A stretch of DNA of 21,707 nt from an uncultured virus (IMG/VR IMGVR_UViG_2718217636_000001) (lineage: Duplodnaviria > Heunggongvirae > Uroviricota > Caudoviricetes): IMG/VR virus record IMGVR_UViG_2718217636_000001. One strand, written 5' to 3'. A model generated the notes under the pieces. It was not told where the DNA came from. It worked only from the letters and a program-made list of their open reading frames with translations, and made no database searches. Made by a program: the position numbers and the translations under genes. Shown one piece after another: positions 15,646 to 21,707 of this stretch; position 1 is the first letter of the stretch; every line of letters begins with the position of its first letter.

Positions 15646-16281
15646 GCGGTACACGTACTCGTGGATCCAGGCCAGGCCGGTGTTGTCGAGGTCGTACTGC
15701 GCCCGGGTCACGGTGACGAGGCGAGCATGGCGTCCGGACGGGATATTACCTCCGGAGCGGAGAGTCGGCGCAGCACCCTGAGCAGGGTCTCTCAGATCTC
15801 GGCAAGGGTTTAGGGTTCAACCCTGGGCATAGTGATAATCATGCGCACCTCTCTGCTAGCGGTGTTGCTTGCATCTGTGGCGAGGAACAGCTGCGGACGT
15901 AATTCCGGGAGCGGTGGCATGGTTGCGCGACCTCCGATGTTCCGCCGCATTTCCGCAGGCCAGAAGCTTGTTTGCTGAGATCAGCTTGCCATAAAGTTAT
16001 ATCGTTTGCAAAACGACCCTTTGACGTTGGGAAACGCGCTCCTCAGAGCGCGCGTGAGCGCTCCGAGGAGCGTTCCCACCAAGCGCACGAGACGCCACGA
16101 CTCCGGAATGGCGCCCGAATGTCGTCGGGTGGTGAGTGGCTGAGCGTAAGGCATCCCGTCTGCCATCGACCCAGGCAACCTGCAGCAGAACACCCCCGCC
16201 GCCGCCCACCCGGCCGTTACTATTGGCATCAAATTGGAAGGTGCCAAGCGTTGGGACATGTTAAGCCGGGCTTGCACCTCC

Positions 16282-16319
16282 GTCGTCGGCCCACTGCTGC
16301 TACGCAGTGGGCCGACGAC
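16282..16319. repeat. Perfect 16-bp inverted repeat upstream of the low-GC gene pair
   Basis: GTCGTCGGCCCACTGC-tgctac-GCAGTGGGCCGACGAC. Confidence 0.7.
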
Positions 16320-16370
16320 ACACGGGATGGATAGGCGAACTACGGAACGACGAGAGCGACGGAGACGTCC

Positions 16371-17369
16371 TTGCTGCGACAAACATGGAGGAGGCGCATC
16401 CGTCGCTGGCGGGCGGGTCTAGCCCTTCTGCTGGCCGGCATGATATGCCTCGCGGCATCGTTCATTTTCCAGGATTCGCCCTGGTACTCAAGCGCCCTGA
16501 CTGAAGTTGGTGCTACATTCCTGCTCTTCGCACCTCTATTGATGCTGCAACGCCGCATTGAGAAGAGATTTCATCTGGTTGAGACAGGTCAACAAGCTAT
16601 CGAAGATCGACAAAACAGGACCATAAACGAAATTGCAGCCCTGTCGGAGGAAGTAGCCCAAAATAAGGACGATATCCAACGAACCCTAGATCAGCTCTCA
16701 GAGGCTGTGTTTGAACGTCTACAGACAGCCCGAACAAAGGACAAGGAAAGGTTTGCGGCCGTCAGTGCCAATCCTACCTTTGAGTCTCTGGGTGACGCTC
16801 TGCAACGCGCCCGAGAACTGGGGCTAATATCTGATCAAGGATGCAGAGTGCCCTTACGGGAAACGCCCCTCTTCGTGAGATTTCACGCGAATATGCCTCA
16901 TGACGTACAGCTAACCCTAGAAGACATGGCAGGCAATGCCATCCATACCGCATACTGGGCTCACGACAATAGCGCTGAGGCCGTTTTGGTGGATATCATC
17001 GAGAAAGTGCAACTGATCGGACAGTATCCAGGAGACGTGGCGTTCTATCCAACACATATATTTGTCGACCTTCGCAACTTGCTGGATCTAGCTCATCGTC
17101 ATTCGACCGGGGAAAGTCGAATGCGCAACCCTCTGGGCCCGCTAATACAATTCTGCGATCCCCAATGGGTCATCACAGAAACAAAGGTTATGGCCATTGA
17201 TGAGGGCTATACGATAGAAGCCCATCGGTTGAACGAGATGGATTGGTACGATCACGTGCGCCCTAAGGGTTGGGCCGATCCCACCTCTCTCTTTGATGCC
17301 CTCGAAAGCGCTCGCGCCCTGTACCGCAACGGTCGGCTTGCCGTCTATCCTCCCGATCCTCCCTTCTAG
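16371..17369 (+). CDS. Membrane protein: two N-terminal TM helices, coiled coil and globular domain (low GC)
   Basis: GGAG plus TTG. Hydrophobic AGLALLLAGMICLAASFIF and ALTEVGATFLLFAPLLML. Heptad-like INEIAALSEEVAQNKDDIQRTLDQLSE. Confidence 0.8.
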   Translation: MLRQTWRRRIRRWRAGLALLLAGMICLAASFIFQDSPWYSSALTEVGATFLLFAPLLMLQRRIEKRFHLVETGQQAIEDRQNRTINEIAALSEEVAQNKDDIQRTLDQLSEAVFERLQTARTKDKERFAAVSANPTFESLGDALQRARELGLISDQGCRVPLRETPLFVRFHANMPHDVQLTLEDMAGNAIHTAYWAHDNSAEAVLVDIIEKVQLIGQYPGDVAFYPTHIFVDLRNLLDLAHRHSTGESRMRNPLGPLIQFCDPQWVITETKVMAIDEGYTIEAHRLNEMDWYDHVRPKGWADPTSLFDALESARALYRNGRLAVYPPDPPF

Positions 17370-17445
17370 AATCGTGGCTTTGGGCCCGGGGTAGATGGCT
17401 CAATCATAGAAAATCACATTATTTTTTATTGAAAGAAGTATCTGA

Positions 17446-18339
17446 GTGGCAGAAGTCCGTTTCAAGGCGTACGAGATATATACACGCACGAGAGTGGAGG
17501 TCAACGATGCCATCATGGCGCTTTTGGCAGGATCCAGACTCGCGGCACACACACTTCAACTGACAAGTGGCTCCCAAAAGCTTCTCCCCGAGATTTTTCC
17601 TGCCGTCGACCATATTACGAGATTCAATTTGCAGAGCGAAACCGCCAGAGAATTGCTTCTGAATGCAGACGCTTACCTTGGCGCCGTGACCATCCCTTAC
17701 GCATTGGCAGTCCACGAAGACTTCGTATCTGTCGCATTAGACTTGGTAAAGCGCGCGGGCATGCCCCTGCTGAGCCTGGGTAAGCCGATAAAGGCGTGGA
17801 ATATGCATGAAACCTTATTTCGTTCGCTCGGTGCGCCTCTGCCTGCAGCAACCCTTTCGCAATTCCACCTCCTCCGACATTTGCGCAATGCATTGATTCA
17901 TGAAGGGGGTGCAGTATCTAGTCAATTGATCGACGCAGTTAACGGTATGCCAGGAGACGTGACGGTCGATTGGGAGCTCCTTACCGGACGTCATCCGCAG
18001 GACATTTTATCCTCTTCGACTATCGTCTTTACCGCGAATGATATATTCGCATCCTTTGCAATAAGTAAAAGGCTGGGCCGAGACATCAATTCCGCACTAC
18101 AAATCGGTCTGCCTTCGAATGTCTGGGTAGAGCTGGCTGTAGAGCATTTCTTAGATGATCCCGCAAGCACCGGCAGAACCCGTAATAGCGACCAATGGAT
18201 GAGGGCGCTATGGGGCTACGCCCGTAGAGTGTACAGAGAGTTGAACCTTCCTGAGGGCGAGTTGGAACGGGCGGCCAGAACTATGGGAGTTTGGACGCGG
18301 CCAGCAGGCTCAGTGCCGCCTCGCAGAAGAAGGAAGTGA
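17446..18339 (+). CDS. Putative HEPN-domain ribonuclease (low GC)
   Basis: Helical-looking 297-aa protein with the Rx4H motif LRNALIHEGG (17884-17901) and an upstream helix glutamate (VHEDFV). Confidence 0.7.
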   Translation: MAEVRFKAYEIYTRTRVEVNDAIMALLAGSRLAAHTLQLTSGSQKLLPEIFPAVDHITRFNLQSETARELLLNADAYLGAVTIPYALAVHEDFVSVALDLVKRAGMPLLSLGKPIKAWNMHETLFRSLGAPLPAATLSQFHLLRHLRNALIHEGGAVSSQLIDAVNGMPGDVTVDWELLTGRHPQDILSSSTIVFTANDIFASFAISKRLGRDINSALQIGLPSNVWVELAVEHFLDDPASTGRTRNSDQWMRALWGYARRVYRELNLPEGELERAARTMGVWTRPAGSVPPRRRRK

Positions 18340-18470
18340 GAAAAAGGGGGCTCTTCCTATTGAGCTACATCCAGCAAACCACTGGAGCCGGGACTCGAAC
18401 CCGGGTCGCCACCTTTCTGTGAGAGACTCCGGCTGCGAGCCGACTAGGGCTTGGTCCCTGTCTCCCTGCT
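18303..18470 (-). ncRNA. yrlA: Y RNA-like (YrlA-type) circularly permuted tRNA-mimic RNA
   Basis: Minus-strand order: T-arm CCGGG-TTCGAGT-CCCGG (18404-18388); acceptor-like stem CTCCAGT/GCTGGATG closed by a GGTTT loop; TA plus D-arm GCTC-AATAGGAA-GAGC (18365-18350). Closing stems AGAAAGG/CTTTTTCT, GGAGT/ACTTC, GTCG-CTCGCAG/CTGCGAG-CGGC and AGCAGG/CCTGCT. Confidence 0.75.
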
Positions 18471-18475
18471 TTTGC

Positions 18476-18484
18476 AGCATAGCA
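18476..18484 (-). promoter_or_regulatory. Putative extended -10 promoter for the Y-like RNA
   Basis: TGCTATGCT (TGnTAnnnT) ends a few nt upstream of the AGCAGG that pairs with the RNA 3' end. Confidence 0.45.
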
Positions 18485-18813
18485 GATACGTCGGAACGGC
18501 AGAACTGATTAGTTGTTCCGTCTTTGTTACGTCACACCCATGAAAGGCGGCGGAACATGGCGAACGAGATTTGGCCAGCTCAGTGACCTGCCAACCGTAG
18601 CACCGACAGGTCGCGAAGCCAGGCCGGCGCTGGATACCGGAAGAACAGGTTCGGGTAGCGGTCGCGACCTGAAGCGCTCACGCGCGATTCTGGCCGCGCG
18701 TAGACGGAAGCAACTGCTCCCGCCATCGCAGGTGGAGGATACCCGCCCACTCCCGATGGCGAGATGAGCCCGATCGCAACCGTTCCGCAAGGCCCGGCTT
18801 CTACGCTCGGCGT

Positions 18814-19929
18814 ATGACGGAGAAGCGTCGACGCCTGCCCTCCCAGCGCACAATCCTGATGGTGGCCGCTGGGTTGCTCCTCGCCGGACTCGTCTGGGTG
18901 CTGGGGCCCGGTGCTCGATGGGTTGTTGACCTTGATGTGGACGTCACCCAATTGCCGGAGAAGGATCTCGCGACTGCGGCCGACGCCGTACGCGGGCGGG
19001 CACTCGCGATTGCCACCGGATTGGTCGCGTTGGCCGCTGTGTACTACACGGCACGCAACGCCGAAACCGCCCGCCGGGCCGTCGAGCTAACCCAGCAAAC
19101 CTCAACCCGCACTCTGGAGCTGACCGAGCAAGGCCAGGTGACCGACCGCTACACCAAAGCCATCCAGCAACTCGGCGACTCCGAAAACCTCCACATCCGC
19201 ATCGGCGGCATCTATGCGCTTGAACGCATCGCCCGCGACTCCGAACGCGACCACAGCACCGTTCAGGAGGTCCTTACCGCCTTCGTACGCGAGTACGCAC
19301 CCGAACCCGAACAGTCAGCAGCCGAAGAAGGCGCGACGCAGGTCGCGCTCCCGCGCAAGGTACCCGCAGACGTTCAAGCTTCTCTCACGGTGCTCGGCCG
19401 GGCGAACATGTTGGACGCGAACCTGACCGGCGCATACCTGGCCCGCGCGGAGTTGCCCGGCGCGGATCTGTCCCGCGCAAAGCTGACTGGCGCGGACCTG
19501 ATCAACGCGAAGCTGACCGGCGCAAAGCTGACCGGCGCGGACCTGGCTGGCGCGGACCTGACCGCTGCGATGCTGGGCGGTGCGAACCTAGCGGGCGCAC
19601 GCCTAGCCGATGCGGACCTGACAGGTGCGACGCTGGGCCATGCGGACCTGCCCGGCACGGACCTGACCTACGCGACGCTGACGGGCGCTAACCTGACCGG
19701 CGCTAGCCTGACCGGCGCTAACCTAGCCGGCGCGGACCTGACCGATGCGAAACTGATCGGCGCGAGGCTGGTCGGCGCAAAGCTGACCGGTGCGTGCCTG
19801 GCTGGCGCGGACCTGGCTGGCGCACGCTTGACCAGGGCGCAGTTTGAATCGGCAGCAGCGAAGCAGCGCGCAAGCCCGCCAGCCCGTTTCCTCGACGATC
19901 CACCCCAGGAGCAGGCCGAATCGTCATAG
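18814..19929 (+). CDS. Pentapeptide repeat-containing membrane protein
   Basis: N-terminal TM segments, conserved EQGQVTDRYTKAIQQLG...RIGGIYALERIARDS block, then many A[DNK]L[TA]G pentapeptides. Confidence 0.9.
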   Translation: MTEKRRRLPSQRTILMVAAGLLLAGLVWVLGPGARWVVDLDVDVTQLPEKDLATAADAVRGRALAIATGLVALAAVYYTARNAETARRAVELTQQTSTRTLELTEQGQVTDRYTKAIQQLGDSENLHIRIGGIYALERIARDSERDHSTVQEVLTAFVREYAPEPEQSAAEEGATQVALPRKVPADVQASLTVLGRANMLDANLTGAYLARAELPGADLSRAKLTGADLINAKLTGAKLTGADLAGADLTAAMLGGANLAGARLADADLTGATLGHADLPGTDLTYATLTGANLTGASLTGANLAGADLTDAKLIGARLVGAKLTGACLAGADLAGARLTRAQFESAAAKQRASPPARFLDDPPQEQAESS

Positions 19930-19995
19930 GCCGGCTCGGGGCGCGCCGTGAGCCGAGTCGCCCTACGACCCCGCTCACCAAACGGCATTCCTCTG

Positions 19996-20592
19996 CTACC
20001 AACCGACACCGCTTCCGCCCTTGCGGCCACGCTCCCACCGCGCCCGCGCCAACGCCCGCCGCTGGGCCATATCCCGCAGATCCACCTCCGACTCGGGCTC
20101 CGGCACCTGCACCTCAGCCACAGCTCCCGCCACTACTGCGGCAGCAGCCGCCTCATCCAACCGACGCCACCGTTCCCAATTCTCACGCGTCCCCACCTTC
20201 GACTCCCGCCTAACCAACGGCTCAGCAGCAGCCGGCAACACCTTCGCCACCGTCTCCCTCACCCGCGCCATCGTCGCCTCGAAATCCGGCGCCGCCCTCT
20301 GCTCGGCCTCAGCCCGCGCCACCTTCGCAAGCGCTTGAGCTCGCATCCTCGCCGAATTTGCGCGAGCCACCTGCTGCGACCGCGACAAGATCGGCTGCAG
20401 CTGCTCATCCATCCAGAGCCGCAACCGCGCCCGCGCCACCTCCCACCGCATCGGGTCGCCCCACACCGGTGCGCCGTTCGGTGAGTTGTTCAGCGCGTGC
20501 AGCACGTCCGTGTGACTCCAACCTGCGTCGAAGAAGCGGCCGGCCAGGTCCAGCAGATGCTTGGGCACCTGCGGCGGCGGGTCTCCCGTCAC
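19996..20592 (-). CDS. Hypothetical protein paralogous to the C-terminal domain of the upstream Rep-like protein
   Basis: GGAGGAGG plus GTG in a GTGA overlap. FFDAGWSHTDVLHALNNSPNG..WGD...RARLRLWMDE..P.LSRSQQ aligns with Rep LFTAGHTVADVEHALNRMPDG.HWGD...RHRVGLWVDADG.P..LSASQQ. Confidence 0.7.
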   Translation of the reverse strand: MTGDPPPQVPKHLLDLAGRFFDAGWSHTDVLHALNNSPNGAPVWGDPMRWEVARARLRLWMDEQLQPILSRSQQVARANSARMRAQALAKVARAEAEQRAAPDFEATMARVRETVAKVLPAAAEPLVRRESKVGTRENWERWRRLDEAAAAAVVAGAVAEVQVPEPESEVDLRDMAQRRALARARWERGRKGGSGVGW

Positions 20593-21707
20593 GCGCCCTC
20601 CTCCATCCGTGACTGCATCGCCGCCCGGGCGGCCAGGTACTCCGCGGGCGGCCGCCGCCGCTCGACGAGATCGACCACGAGCCCCGCCTGGTCGACCGGC
20701 TCAGGCCCGGGGTCGTGAACGCCCCAGGCGGCGACGAGGCGGCGAGCTTGCGCCCACCACATTGCGTCCTCGGCCTCCTGAGTCTGCTGCGACGCAGACA
20801 GTGCCAGCGGCCGGCCGTCAGCGTCGACCCATAGGCCCACGCGGTGGCGGATGCGGGCCCGCATGCCCCGCTTGCGGGCAACCGTGCTTGCGAGGCGGCC
20901 GGGGTCGAGGTCCCCCCAGTGCCTGCCGTCCGGCATTCGGTTCAGCGCGTGCTCCACGTCGGCGACGGTATGTCCAGCGGTGAACAGGGGACGCAGCAGT
21001 GACCGCAGGTCCTTCGCCGACAGGATGCCGAGGGTGAGCCGGTTGTCCTGGCGGAGCCGCTCACATGCTGCGAGCTGGTCTTTCCTGCTGCCAGGCGTCG
21101 AGTGGCGTGGCCACGAGCGGGACGGGCCCGTGGCCCCGTAGTTGTCGCGCGCGCCCGCGTATGGGAGAGATCCTCCCCAAGAGAACCCCTGAACAGCGGG
21201 GGTGCAAATTTGATCCACATGCCCGCTGACGTGGGAAAACGTGGGACGCTCCGTGACGGTTTCGCACGGCCACGGGGTCTCTTCCTCCTCCTCGCCGAGC
21301 TCGGCCGCCTCAAGTTCGTCGACGTCGTCAGGCAGCAGCTCGTCGGGGATGGTGAGCGCGTACTCGGCGGCGAGGTTGCCCAGGCCGTCGTCGAGCAGGC
21401 CCCACAGGTTGCCCGGCCGGGTGCGCGGGGTGGAGCCGGTGACGATGGTGACGAGCAGCTGCTGGTCGCGCATCCATCCCAGCAGGTAGGCGATCGTGCG
21501 GCGGGACACCTCGATCTCTTCGGCGAGCACGTCCCAGGTGGCGCCGCGTTTGGGCGCGGTCATCATGGTCCGGTCGGTGCGGGTGGCGAGCTGCCACGCG
21601 AGCCGCATGAGGTTGCGGTGCCGCTGCCGGTTGCAGTGGGCGCGGGCGAGGTAGTCCACCGCGTCGAGCCAGGTGGCGCGGGTGGGTGCAAGTTTTTGGC
21701 CGTCCAT
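20589..21707 (-). CDS. Putative plasmid replication initiator with a winged HTH (true start may lie beyond the window)
   Basis: HTH 'TWDVLAEEIEVSRRTIAYLLGWMRDQQLL' followed by TGSTPR...GNLAAEYALTIP, motifs I recall from actinobacterial plasmid Rep proteins. The ATG sits at the window edge. Confidence 0.65.
   Translation of the reverse strand: MDGQKLAPTRATWLDAVDYLARAHCNRQRHRNLMRLAWQLATRTDRTMMTAPKRGATWDVLAEEIEVSRRTIAYLLGWMRDQQLLVTIVTGSTPRTRPGNLWGLLDDGLGNLAAEYALTIPDELLPDDVDELEAAELGEEEEETPWPCETVTERPTFSHVSGHVDQICTPAVQGFSWGGSLPYAGARDNYGATGPSRSWPRHSTPGSRKDQLAACERLRQDNRLTLGILSAKDLRSLLRPLFTAGHTVADVEHALNRMPDGRHWGDLDPGRLASTVARKRGMRARIRHRVGLWVDADGRPLALSASQQTQEAEDAMWWAQARRLVAAWGVHDPGPEPVDQAGLVVDLVERRRPPAEYLAARAAMQSRMEEGA

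Noticed and set aside
15803..15823. GGGTTTAGGGTT telomere-like string and AGGGTT-C-AACCCT palindrome
   Set aside because: Too short to distinguish from chance.
18350..18410. Canonical tRNA gene or tRNA-derived att site
   Set aside because: The T-arm lies 5' of the D-arm, the acceptor stem is closed by a loop, there is no anticodon loop or CCA end, and no integrase is in the window. A permuted Y-like RNA fits better.
18513..18767. 84-aa plus-strand ORF before the pentapeptide gene
   Set aside because: No motif, no convincing RBS and no codon bias.
19410..19840. 15-bp periodic DNA repeats (possible array or CRISPR) or a Qnr/MfpA resistance gene
   Set aside because: The repeats simply encode pentapeptides with no spacers. 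The TM-containing architecture differs from the short soluble Qnr/MfpA proteins.

Overview
High-GC actinobacterial mobile element, most likely a plasmid or plasmid/phage hybrid. The backbone is a long run of mostly minus-strand, often translationally coupled genes. It begins with a putative HTH replication initiator (20589-21707) and a partial paralogue of it. It continues with 'leading-region/establishment'-type genes: a frameshifted vWA gene, an ArdC-like ssDNA-binding protein, a DUF3560-amino-methyltransferase fusion, an RNAP alpha-CTD-like protein, a TGT/DpdA-like TIM barrel, DUF6349, a YkgJ Cys-cluster protein, DUF2786, a DEDD exonuclease and many small Cys-rich proteins. Plus-strand cargo is inserted between these genes: a low-GC membrane gene (357-1226), a tandem-RHH gene, a small membrane gene, a 38-aa peptide with an SD-occluding leader, a low-GC TM/coiled-coil plus HEPN gene pair, and a pentapeptide-repeat gene. 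Main unannotated signals: (1) a circularly permuted tRNA-mimic RNA with Y RNA (YrlA) architecture at about 18303-18470 (-), convergent with and overlapping the HEPN gene, with no Ro60 gene in the window; (2) a 9-bp motif ACGCAAGCA in six exact copies, including a perfect 28-bp palindrome, near gene starts and around the tandem-RHH gene; (3) a type-I-toxin-like sORF cassette. Family calls come from motif recognition only; no searches were run.
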